A stretch of 64,000 nt of DNA from Trichosphaerium sp. ATCC 40318 (lineage: Eukaryota > Protista > Tubulinea), in NCBI GenBank assembly GCA_038496445.1, contig JALMLS010000420.1, positions 708,880-772,879 of the forward strand, given 5' to 3'. Both the position numbers and the translations under genes were made by a program. Below, one piece after another: positions 11,612 to 23,900 of the stretch; within the stretch, counting starts at the first letter, position 1, and each line of letters starts with the position of its first letter. The notes beneath the pieces are model-generated. The model did no database searches. It was not told the DNA's origin and saw only the letters and a program-made list of their open reading frames with translations.

Positions 11612-13087
11612 TGTTGTCGGAGGAGGTGTTACTGTCGTATAGTATTGGAAGTTATGAAATTAGAGGTGTAAAACTGACTATTTTTTAATTGTGCTTCAAA
11701 TTTCTCTTGACCAGATATCTTTGTTCTCAACTCTACAAACACTGTGGTATTACTGTGATGCTGTTCCGTACTCCCGAGAGTTCTAAGCGACTATAAAAAG
11801 AACTTGACAATGCTATTAAACGGCACACTCTTCATACTATTAAAAAAGCCTCAGGTACCTCTGTATCAAGTCTCAATGCGTGGAAACGGCCAAAACTGTG
11901 ACGATAGAGATTTCTTGTGTTGTTGAGTTGAAATCTTGACAGATCAGTTTTAAAAGGACTAAGACGACCAATCACAAGCACTAACAGCACATTGGCAAGG
12001 ATTTCTGACTTTATTATCAGTCAGAATCTGTATATTCACTATTCTTCAACGTAAACTGCTTGAAAAAATAAATACAACACCCATACGCCGAATACAGGTA
12101 CTATACAGTATTTTGATTCTTTTTCAAAATGTAAGACTCAGAGCGTTACTCGCTTTGAATCCCACCGCTTAGAAGCAGTAATCCTCTGCCGCACAAACAT
12201 GAAAGTTAATTCCCGAGTAGTGGAAACTAAACAGACATTTTTAATGTTCTAAATCAAGAGACACGACAAACTAGACATAGCTGAACCCATTAATATACAT
12301 GCCAACGGATAAAATTGTAAGTTAACGTTTCTACCATTTCACCTGCTTTTCTCATTTTTTCTTTATTTTCCGTACTATTTTTGATATTGAGCCAAAAATA
12401 CAGAATTTGAGAATCCATGATGCGCTTGGTTGGGTAGGGAAACGCCATTACAAGCATTTCCGGATGTAGCGCCCAAAACTCGAAAAAAGGAAAATAATTG
12501 CAGACTTTCAGAAAAGTCAGGATAATTTCGTAACATCTATTCATACATCTTACCCTTTCCCAGCGCTTCTTCGCGAGAAATACAAATTTAGCACAAACCT
12601 CCGTACTTGCTTGACCAAAATAATACTGTGTAGCTTTTTTGTACATTCTATAAGATACAAAGCGTTATTGTCCCTTTAAAAAACCCTACTACGCTAGTTT
12701 ATAGCATGGAGCGCATGAAATTGTTCTTTTACTACCCTAAACTGATCTCGATTAAAATCACGTTTCGGCAACCGAAACAACGCCGAACAAGCCTAAAGTG
12801 CTCTTGTTGTACGTTGAATACTGTATTCAATAGATATAACATGTTACTCGAGCGCGTTTACTATTCTTACCTTTTTGACCAAAAGAATGTTATTGTTTTC
12901 CAACAAGTTAATTCTTAACACTTCAAGGCAACCAACTATGGCATCAGTCTCAAGCATGGGATTCGTTCATACCTAGATTATAATATTTCTCCGGCTACGA
13001 TGTTAGTTATCGGCTTCCAACTGCGCAGTATTCACGCACGCACCAATATTATCTAACTACTACTACAAAGCAACTACTCCACTCAAA

Positions 13088-13594
13088 ATGCCTATCCGAT
13101 CCTCCCTCAACACTAAGAAGAACCAACAACCTACCTCCGTAAGCCTTTCTCAGTTCGCGAGTAAAGGATTGAAGCACAAAACTATTCTCATGGTGCTCAA
13201 ATCAACAGTGATACAGCTTAGAGCCTTGCATCAAGCAGGGTATGCTTATAATCGCATCAACGGACACAACATAAAAGTACATCGGAAAGAACACTGTCTA
13301 ATGCTCACTGGTTCTCTCAACTACGACAACAACGCCTATTACAGCTCTATGGGACTTGAAGAGCAAAAAACAAAAGATATTTACCAACTCGGATGCTTGG
13401 CAACCTGGCTCGCACTTGGAGGCGAATTTGATTGCGTAAAAACACTGGACAGGCACCAACAACTTCTTGCTTTGAAAAAAACTCGAGCATCCGCCACACT
13501 CATCAACTTTGTATCTGCGTGCTTTGAAGGAACCATAACTACCGTACACCTTGTTAACAAGCTAGAAACTGTACATGTAAGAAAGCTAAAATAA
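13088..13594 (+). CDS. Intronless kinase C-lobe-like protein (pseudokinase)
   Basis: LRALHQAGYAYNRINGHNIKV resembles LHxxGxxHRDIKxxNIL; DIYQLG resembles DIWSLG; LINFVSAC resembles subdomain XI; no N-lobe, no HRD or DFG. Confidence 0.55.
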   Translation: MPIRSSLNTKKNQQPTSVSLSQFASKGLKHKTILMVLKSTVIQLRALHQAGYAYNRINGHNIKVHRKEHCLMLTGSLNYDNNAYYSSMGLEEQKTKDIYQLGCLATWLALGGEFDCVKTLDRHQQLLALKKTRASATLINFVSACFEGTITTVHLVNKLETVHVRKLK

Positions 13595-14297
13595 AAAAAC
13601 TTTAATTGGATGTCTCATTCAAGTTTTACTTCTAGTGTCTATAAAGTGAGTTTGTATATCCTGTGTCAGTTTCACACTATTTTACCTACACCTTGGGAAG
13701 ATGATCGCAGTATTTTACACTGCACACAGTACGTTAAAACCGGGTTTAATGGTCCAATTACCGGCAAACACGGTGTGAATGCCTCAAACGCCACTTGCCG
13801 TTTGTTTTGCTTCTAAAAAATCAACGTACGTGTATAACGTACTAGCGCTGACATTAGCGCTGCCCCACGCTAACAGAAGAACTCCCATAGCATTCAAACA
13901 GCAAAGTAGGTATAATAACGTGAAACCCCTTCAACACTACCAACGTTGCTTAAGGCTGGTAAACGCCACGGGTCAAATATGTAAATAATAATTTTGGGTT
14001 TGTTAAATCACGTGGGTTTGAAACGGTTGGATTAGCAAGACATTTTCCTCTGACACGTGAGGGTATCACATTTAAAAATGTGAGATTTGCCAGTTCCGTC
14101 AGAAGTGTCCACAGTTTTATCCGTTCTTACTTCTACTCTGTTTGCGTTGAATGCAGGTCTATTTTTACTAGCAACGCGCACTCCTCTACAAAAAAATGCA
14201 CTAGTGCTGTCAAGTTGGGACATACACATGTGTACCTTTTACAATTCAAATCACAATACTCCGGAACAAAGTAAAAATCTCACCATTGGAACGCATC

Positions 14298-15815
14298 ATG
14301 CTTAGATACTTTTATTTGTGTATAATATCTGCTCTCATAGGTAACCTGGTAGGTTTGCTTGTTAGCTAATAATGGTTTGCGTAGTTTTAGCAGCGAGAAG
14401 CTGTGATTGCCCAACAACAGCGTGTGATAATTGTAATTTCGCCCAATGCACTCAAATAACTACAGGTGGAACGCGTGCGTATTCCCTTTCGGTTTTTTGT
14501 ATCTTTTAGGCAATGCTCAAATAGCTTGACACTTTTACGTGTGCGAACACGTACAAACAAATGTTTTTCTTTTTAAGACATGGTAAAAACTATCCACAAA
14601 AATCTTTTTCTTCAACATCTGTAAAAAAGATTTTTTCTAAAAGCTCGTAGATAGTGGAGCGTGTTTGGACATTAACACAATGGACCCACTAGTGGACGTT
14701 GCAGGGACTGTAGGAGCCGATTGTATACGAATAACAGGTGGAATGTTATCAGGACGTATTGGATTAGGGGATAGCGACGACTGCCTTATACTCATTTCAA
14801 CAACCGTAATGGGACAAGTCAATGGAGGTTTGTTTGTATCTTTTTTTGTTGATTTTTTTGAACTGACTGATTTTTTAAGGGGGAGATGACGATTGTATAG
14901 TTATGCAGGATAGCAGTGTTGGATCATTATCACCAGCTGCAGGAAGTCATAGTGTCATTATAGAAGGAAGTGATACTGATCCTGATGGGGATGGCATGTG
15001 CGTGTGCAAACAACAAATTGACATTTTCTTTTGAAAAGAGTTTGTCACTAGGTCTATTTTATGAAGCTCAACCCATCCTAGGCTGGGCATAGTGGGAGGT
15101 GGTGAAGGAGTGGATTGTGTTTTAATCACTGCAAACTCACGTGTAGGCAACATCTTCACTGGAGATGGAGATGATTGTATTGAAATATCGCAGAGTAATA
15201 CTGGTAGTGTTGGAGGTACCCCTTTTCCTTTTTTTTTATAAATCTACACACAAACTGACACCTCAAGGCGGTGAAGGTAACGATGTATTTGATATTGACG
15301 GATCGATAATAAGGAGAGTATTTGCTGGCGAGGGTGATGATGTGGCTACAATATCAAACTTTAATTTGCGTATGTTTCTCTTTTTCCTTTGTTTATATCA
15401 AACAGATTGTTTACCACATAATTTTGGACTCTGCGTCTGTTCAACAACAAAGATGTAAAAAGTCTTATTTCATTTACAAAGCGCTATTGGCTCTGAACTT
15501 ATTTCAACTTTTTTGGAAAGAACTAATGTTCTCTAGAGCCGGATTCTGAGGCAGCACCATTTCGTGGTTCAGATGGAGATGACGTATTCATAATAACTGG
15601 ATTCCTTGGGAACACAAGCCCATCAATTCTTGGAGATGGTGACATGGATAGGTAGCTAAAACAAATTCTGTTTTGCAGACTTATCAAAGATCAGTCTACT
15701 AACCATTTGTTAACAATTCACTAGGTGTTGTTATGACTCAACATTGTCTAGTACCCTTGATTGTGATGAAATAATATCGCCCTGTCCTATTAGATGTATC
15801 AGACGTTTGGATTAA
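14298..15815 (+). CDS. Secreted protein with RTX/hemolysin-type Ca-binding-like GxGxD repeats (multi-exon)
   Basis: Signal peptide; about 9 repeats such as GTVGADCI, LGDSDDCL, GGEGVDCV, TGDGDDCI, GGEGNDVF, AGEGDDVA, GSDGDDVF; Cys-rich termini. Confidence 0.65.
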
Positions 15816-16043
15816 TAAAACCAACAGTTTTATTGATTTTAACAAAGACTGGTAAATAATACTAGTAAAACTTATTATTTGAACCCTTGTTGACACAATA
15901 GTGTTGGTCAAAGTGTACTAAAGTGTAAACTTTGGCAATGTTATAGGTGAAAGATTTGTAGCTAAACTTGGATAATAAGATTATTCCCAGACAGTGGTGT
16001 GCCACTGTTTAGAAAATGTTTTAAACAAAACAAGTGTTTTTAT

Positions 16044-17259
16044 TCACATGACAAGTCTGTAAGTAATGTATCGCCCAGCAGTTTCGCTTGATCGTAAAAT
16101 CTTAATAATCTACAACAAACTAGGTTAACAAATAGCCTCATAAAACCAGACAATAATCTAGCAGAAAAAAGAGTTCAGCCTTGCGGTTTTTTTCGTCAGC
16201 GTTCGAACAAGTGTTTTTTTCTGGTACACCTTTTCTGGCCAAGAACAACTGTTATTGCGCACCTGTCCTTTCTGTAAACCGTAGTAACGGGCTACAGGAT
16301 CCACAGATTGTATTCGAGGGAGTTGTGTTTCTTGTAATTTACTACAATCCTTGTAAGCAAAGTAACACTGTCAATGCTTAATTATTTTTCTTTCAAAATA
16401 AAATCTAGTATTTTCATTGGAAAGCAAACGCTGTCCGTGTAATTTTGGTACAGCGATAATATCAAGGCGTATGGTTGGTAGAGAGGAGCGTCAAGTGCCG
16501 TTCTGACATAAAAATTGACAGAATCTTTTAAACGTACTAGCGTGTTAATAGTGATTCTTGCTCTTCTTTTGATAGTAATACGTGTTTAGGAACAAGTCTA
16601 TGCTTTGTAATATTAACAAGGAGTTCTGACTCTTTGAATTGCTCCATGATTATAGGACGTAGTGTTTCAATACACTGAAAGAAGTATTAGACAGCGTTTA
16701 AGAAAGAAAAACTGTTTCATTACTAATAATGAGCTTTAAAGGCGACGTACGGATCGTGCGTGGGGAGTGATTGCTTGGGAGTATACCATGATACATCTTG
16801 TTACGTTAGAAGCCTTCATTTTGGTATAACACCTTTTTGGTCATTTAGTGACACTTTGCGTTTGTTTTGAGCTTTTTTCGCACGTACTCTTTAATTTCTT
16901 TCGCGCCGACCTTGCTAGGCTCCAAAAAGAAGACGTATATTTGTTCATCAATAAAATCTTGATGTTGGTACATTTTCACCACAGATGTACGACTGTAGTA
17001 ATGTCAGAAGTATTAGATTTGTATTTGGCGTACATGTGTTCTTGTTCACCGTGTTGATTTTTAAAATCTTCCAGAGTCATGTCTTTTACCCTCTGTTCGA
17101 TAATATAGCGCCTAACGTATATTTACACATCTGCAAATCATTTTCATAATAAATGAGGCGTTTATTGCATAAAACGCGTACGTACCTATCGCTAAGCATT
17201 TCGATGACTGTTTTGTGGACTTTGTACAAATGCTCAATTTCCGCATCATTATTTGCCAT
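16044..17259 (-). CDS. RPB5: DNA-directed RNA polymerases I/II/III subunit RPABC1 (Rpb5)
   Basis: Spliced: [16 protein letters not shown]...[21 protein letters not shown]...[41 protein letters not shown]. Confidence 0.96.
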
Positions 17260-17544
17260 TGTGTTAGTATATTATTATGTGACTAGAGACCTTTAACAAA
17301 GCGCCAGAAAAAAGTAAAAAGGTTCGAATAGTACGTGACTTTTCCGGAAAGTCAACCAAGCTTAAAGAAACACGAACTTTACTGTAGCTACAACCCGACT
17401 AATAATAGGTATTTGTAAGCTACAGGTGACTGAATCAAAAAGGAGTAAGACAGTCTACTGATTTACAGGTCGCAAAAACCAACAAGTAAACGAAACACAG
17501 AGTTTATTTCAACATTTTGACGTTTATCAAAACAAAAACCTTTC

Positions 17545-19211
17545 TTAAAAGGCGAAAGGAAGACTCAAATCCATAGCCCAACAGGTGGACAATTGAGGCT
17601 TCTGAGTAAAGGAACCGTCAAGTACAGCCTTCATTCTTCTCAAGAGCAAGTTGCAGGTCCATTCCTTTTGGTCTACAATACGTTAGTACTTGCCTTCAAA
17701 GACGCAAAAAAAATAAGTAACACTTACGATCCATGGCCTCCATAAAGGCGAAGGTAAGGGCACCTCCTTGTGAACCGTCGGCGAATTCAGCGTCAGCTGA
17801 AGTTTGGTCATCTTTACATCCACTGAAGAGAATAGCTTCTCTTGCAGTGAAAGTGAGCTTTCCAGTACCTTCGAAAGCTTTGCTAGATAGAAATAAACAT
17901 ACAATCACTCACATCACAGTTGTGGCGTACGATAGACCACGCATGGCATTGATAATCTTCTTTTTAGAAGAAGTAGGATCGAGATCGACCTTCCATACCA
18001 AAGGAAGGTCCATACCAGTACCACTGTGGCAGCAGTCCATGATACTAACCAATCTAGCGACTGGAGGTAGTGGCTTAACGAGCAAGCCAAATACTTCATC
18101 ATCCTACAAAGAGAGTTACGGTTTTTATCCTTTAAAAATAATTGCCACTACGTACAGTGATACAGCTTGTTTTATGGCCGTCTTCCATAGTGAGGATGGC
18201 TTCGTCCATACCATCTTCTTCCTCACCATCATCATCGTCTTCACGTTGAATACCGTGACCAGAGAATTGGAAAAAGCGAATATCACCTCCCTTGGTACCT
18301 TCCATAAGCCATTTCATACCAGCCATGATGTTGTCTCTGCAATGAGGTTAGTTCTTGACCTAACAATAAAATCCTTTCAAAAAAAAACAAGCGGCATACC
18401 TAGATGGCTGCAAATCTGCTGGGGTTTCATCAGCGTCGTTGATCATTCTGATGTTTTCTTCTGGGTAACCACGAGCAAGAAGAGTAGCCTTCATCTTTTG
18501 AGTATCATTGATACATCCGTCAAGGTGTCTGTCTGCTTTTGGATGGTTTTTGTACAAGATACCTACAACCCGTTAACAAGATCTTTTTGGGCAAAACGCG
18601 CTATTGTTGACGCTATCATACCAACCAACAAAGCTCTCTTATTTCCTTTGGATCTAAGGTCTTTGATCATCTCTGTAGGGTAGTAGTGGATTGCCATGTT
18701 AATTTTTGAATCACCTAGTGCCTTTCCTTTCTTGTTGGTAATATCTACCCACCCATCAACGCCACCTTCGTTGGCGAGGTCTGCGAATCTGTATATGAGG
18801 TGTCTATGCTGTATTAGTGGTTTTAATTGCCTTTTATCGCGTGCCCGATATTATCATCGCTGAAGTGGTCCTCGTCCCAAACTTGGATTTCAAGCTTAGC
18901 TGGGTTACCAACCAAACTGATGAGAGTTTCTAGTACGGTTTAGTTTCGTTAGAAAACTAGGAGTGTGAACTCCGAAGAGCGCTTTTGCATATAACGTTTA
19001 CGTACCGTGTCCCCATTGTGGGTTAGCCTCGTTACTAAGCTTTGCAGTAGTTACTCTAACTTCACCGTCGACCTACGCGTTTAATGAGTTGCTTGTCGAT
19101 CTGTAGTGATTGTAGTACCTTTACAGTTACGAAAGGATCGGAAGCACCGCCCATATCGCCATTGATCAAATCTTTGGCTTCTCTGATGTTAATGTATAGC
19201 TGACTTTCCAT
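17545..19211 (-). CDS. Type I-like metacaspase (peptidase C14B) with N-terminal C2 domain
   Basis: C2: LYINIREAKDL...GASDPFVTV...NPQW...IQVWDEDHFSDDNIG. Caspase fold: KRALLVGI, LDGCINDT, FSGHG, DGMDE, DCCHSGTGMDLP, SGCKDDQTSAD, GALT, QKPQLS...LPFAF*. Confidence 0.93.
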
Positions 19212-19448
19212 TGTTGTTGATACTGTTTGAGTTGAAGTGCTCTGAACAATTTAAGCAAGTTTTTGCGACTAAACGAATATAAGTACTTACGGTGCTTTCT
19301 CTCGGGCTCCGGTTACCCATTGGACGAATTTGAAATACGTTTAAGCGGTAAAAAAACGAATTGTTACTTTATTACCATTTTGGTGTTTTTACCCCGAGCG
19401 CATTGTGCTTCATTATAAAGCGATTCTAGTACTTACAGACGAATGTAG

Positions 19449-20820
19449 TCATTTTCCTTTTTTAAACGTTGCAAAACCTTCCAGTACGCTATCAATTGCG
19501 TCAAACACAACTAAACAATGCGTCAAACAGGAACGAACACTAAACTTACCGTTAGGATTATTGTACGGAATGTAATGATCGCTTTGAGTCTGTAATACAA
19601 CGTAGTTGTTACTCAAATCTTTAAAGATTGCCTCGTCATGATAAGAATTTGACACAACATGCACAATTGGAATGTCACCCAAGCCTTGTTCAAAAATTTT
19701 TGTAACAACCTTTGCTGTCTATGCAGTGTTAGATTAATGGCTACCACGTGTGGTAGATATTTTTGTCTTTGGACCTCTTTGAATTGTTTTAGCTCATTAT
19801 AAGCTGTGATACTAAATGACATTTTGTTGACATAGTAGATTGTTCTCCAGAAAGCTTCGGAATCTTGTAGCTTACTAGGTGCGCCAGCTACTTGTATTAA
19901 CGTCCAACATGTATTTTAAGCATACCTTCAGCTGGGAGAGTTGTTGTGATACCCATTAATCCCATGAGGCCTAATGGGTACAGATATGTTGTGATAAGGA
20001 ACGAAGAAATTCCTTCCTAGTTTCGTTAATCTCTGTCACCACGTGAAAGGTGGAGGGTTACCTCTAGGCTTGTCAAAAAAGTTTCGTTAGTGCACTGCTG
20101 TGGCGTAGTAGAGTCCATCAAAACAATTCCAGTAAGAGTATCTCCATACAATGAAGCAAATGACAAGGCTACCAATCTATAAATAAACTTGCCTCACGTG
20201 TATTTTGTACCATCGAAGCCTCCATAACTCCAACTATTAAAGTAAATAATACAACCAAGTCTGCTACTTACCCTACATAAATTATTGGCTTACCAGCCAT
20301 GTCCCCACTGTGTTGAATGGCATCATATACATCTCTTGCAACGTCCATGCTTGGCCAAGTTATAATTACACCTGACAACTAACGCACCTCGTGCGCGAAT
20401 CGGGGTCATTTGGAAGCGAACTAAGTCCATAACCAGGCCTGTAAATAAGTTACACGTGCACAACAATATTTATTTGGTAGAGGCACCTATCAAAAGCACA
20501 AATACGTGCGTCTAATTGTGTCAGTTTGCTAGATGTCAAGACTCTAGAAAAAGAGGCTGAGGTGAATGGTAGCCCTGCATCTAGTATAACGAGGGTTTCG
20601 CCAGTGCCTGTTTGGAAAAAAAATTAACGTTTTTGGTTGCTGGACTCTACGCACCGTTACAAAGCCAGTGCATCACTGTATCTGGCGTTTTCTCATTTAC
20701 AGAGATTAAAGTATGCGGTTTGAAGCGAAATGAACCATACAGGGTAAGAATGGAACTAGATACGCATAAGGCGTATAATACCGCTATAGTAATTACTACA
20801 CAGGAGCTTGCTTGGTTCAT
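19449..20820 (-). CDS. Membrane-anchored or secreted alpha/beta-hydrolase
   Basis: N-terminal hydrophobic segment, VILDAGLP, CAFDRPGYGLS, VGWSYGG nucleophile elbow, GIVLMDS, C-terminal SDHYIP (His). One splice junction after GWSYGG is not cleanly resolvable. Confidence 0.8.
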
Positions 20821-20944
20821 GTATTATTTGTCGTATGTCCGAAAAAAGCGAAACGAAAGTCAAACATCAGTATACTGCCACACATGGTGTAACACTGCCT
20901 TGCGATCTTAATTTTATACCTTGGCGCAGTGCCCGTTCCGCACT
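20821..20944. promoter_or_regulatory. Compact bidirectional promoter between the hydrolase and WD40 genes
   Basis: Divergent ATGs only 124 bp apart. Confidence 0.5.
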
Positions 20945-23900
20945 ATGAACCAAACGAGATTAATATATACAAAGCTGTATGACCCAGACAGTAAAGCGGT
21001 AGCGCTAAACTTTCACCCTGTAAAACAATGGATTGCGGTAGCCGACGAAAATGGCACAGGTACGCGCACGAGCGCTGGCACACCTCGTTTGCGTGCCCTT
21101 GCTCTATTTTAGTGCAACTGGGTTAATTTTGCCTAGTGACGGTCTGGGATTACGAACATAAGCTTGTAGTTTTTTCTGTGAGTATTAACGACCCAGAAAT
21201 GCTACAAAGAGACGAGTTAGTGTATCAGCAACAACTGGAGAAAGAACACGACTACCAAGGCCCAAAGCTCGCCGAACAGCTCGCAAAGAACCTAGAAAGT
21301 AGCGTAGTCAAACCAAAACGACGAAATGCGAAATTAACTGTAAGAGCAATTCGCTTTTACGATAATGACGTGCGTGCGGTACGAGGCATTGTAGATGAAG
21401 TGCAGGTGCGTAAAACAATACCAAACAGAATAGAATCAAAGTTATCTCCACAAGTGGCTCACTTTCGCAATAGCACACACAAAAAGGCACTTCCATGTTT
21501 AGGGGTGGATCATTCCCTAACTATGTCATCATTGCAGTTGAAAACAGGCACGTGGGAGGAAGAGAAACGAGAATTTTTTTCGTATTTAATCCCAAAACCG
21601 TTTCACTGGTACATAAACGCTGAATCGCTTTATTAGGGTTTTAATTTATGATTATGTTACTCTCGAGTACAAGGAGATTGATATAGGCCAAATGGAAGGC
21701 AGAGGACTTTCATGTATTGAAGTATTTGCTAGGGAGACGTATATTGCTTTGGGTGGTATGTTTATGACGTTTATAGCGAAATGGACATACAATGAATTAA
21801 TTCCTTTTTCGCATTTTTCGTTTTTGTAATTTTTTTAAAACTTTCCCTTTTGAGCTTACTGGACGCTAGGTAATGATGGAGTAATACGAATATTTGATTT
21901 AGTACAATGGAAAATAGTAACAAAGCTAAAAGGTGCTCATTCAAGAGCTATACGCGCCATTGACACTTACTTGGTACAAACTTGTGTTTTTTTGAGACAA
22001 ATTCTCAGTTTGTTGAACAACTTTCTAGAAAAAAACTTTTGTGTTTTTTTTATTTTGTTCGGTCTACAAAACCTGTTTTATAGTGGGTTATAAGTATATG
22101 TATTCCTAATGTATTGAAAAGGATGATGGTTTAACAAAAATATGGTCTATGGATGCTGGTGGAACACTATGCAATTTTGTTTTAACGGATGTGCCTAATA
22201 GAGGAAATGGCAGACTAGATCATCTAAAAAATTGTAAACTTGGCGATGTTTATGACTGCGCTTTTAACCCTTGTACAAACCAGATTAATATTGTCGCAGA
22301 TAAAGTGTACGTTATTGTTTGAGCTTAAACAGTCACCTTTCGAGCTGGTTTCTTAACTGACATATTCTCGTTTAGAAGCGTATTTACTAAGGCTTTACAG
22401 CCTATTGAAAACTCCAATACGGCTACATCGCATAAAGGCGATACTTACTCGCTTGTTGAGAACTTTCCACATCCATTGTGGTCAAACGATACCGTGCTTG
22501 TGGTAAAGGTACGTCTCAAAAAATTTTAGCTGGCATTTTCATGTTCTTTTTTTTTTTTTCGCTTGATTTTAGCGCCACAGGCTCATTGTGTATGCACTCA
22601 ACTGACGTGTGGTTTAGGATTCTTGTATTTATATTTTCGACACAGTTTGCGGTATGAGCCAAGAGTTACTTGATTTGAATAATATCGAAGGACTTAATTT
22701 TGAGGAGAAAGTAAGTTATTTATTTTTAGAATTGATTATCGATTTATGGTTTATTCTAGCGCTCAAAAATATTTGCACTGCATGTACATCCTACATCACC
22801 ACATATTTTTGCTGTTGCGAGCACAGAAGGTTTAGTTGTTTTAGATGTAGAAGCACAAAGGTACTAGTGTTAATTAAAAAAATCCTTTGTATTTTTTTTG
22901 CTTACTTCTTGATCTAGCAATCTACCTGTGTCACTTGTTTCTTACGGTAAAAAATCAGCAACGAAGTTATATATGTGTAAAAATTCAAAACTTTTCGCAG
23001 AGAACATACGTGATAACACGTGCGTTGAGTGTTATGATGATAATTTTCTTGTTTTTTTCTGTCTGAAGCATTTTAACTTTTTCTAGATTTTCGCAGCTTT
23101 ATTCGTTACCTTTAGACGATTGTAGTAGATTAGGTATATTATACATAATGTATACGCTAAATAACACATGATAGGTTCTGTAGTAGTTGAGCATAGTTGG
23201 TCAAAACAATACATTTCATTGTTTTGTTTGCATGAGAATAAATACCTTATTGTTAGTGCAAAAAGTGGCAAGGTACGATTACACCTTATTTTTACCTTCC
23301 CTTCGCTTTAATCTAATATTATTTAAGTTAATTGAGCGTGGTGAGGCTTGGAGTTTTGCTTGGAGTGCTACTAAAGATTACTATGCTATAATTAGAGCGG
23401 TTCAGAAGAAAGATAAAGCTGGTATTAACTGTTTTAAATTTGAAAAAACAACTTGCTACTATGTTTCGGTTTTAATTGTTTCAATTTGTTGTATTTGCGT
23501 CTAACCAATGTATGCAAGATCTTGCTGCCCAAAAAAAAGCCCATAAAAAGAAAAAGACGCCAAGACAAGAATTACCTGTAACTGTGTTCTTTGTTATAAA
23601 GAAGGTCAAATCTGATTGGTATGAAGCACAGTGTTTTTGCTTTCTTTCTGTATCTTCTTTGACATTTTATTTAGTTCAACTGCTGTTGTTTGTGATACAA
23701 TAAAGCAACAGAAGCAGTCACGTTACAATCCAATAAAATTGGCTGGTGGACCTGTTCTTGGCGTTACTTTATCTATGCGTATGACTTTTATTTCTAGTCT
23801 TGATGCTTGGTTTTTTGATTTGCTTACAGTATTCTAGATCAACAATATAGTGTAGCGAATGTTGCAGAGTATGATAAGCATAGAAGTATGCAGTTTTATG

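Noticed and set aside
11700-13050. ORFs 12290-12646 and 12706-12918, or an ncRNA, in the long intergenic region
   Set aside because: No recognisable motifs, splice pattern, tRNA or snRNA signature
17733-18683. 316-aa plus-strand ORF
   Set aside because: Antisense shadow of the metacaspase exons; no motif of its own
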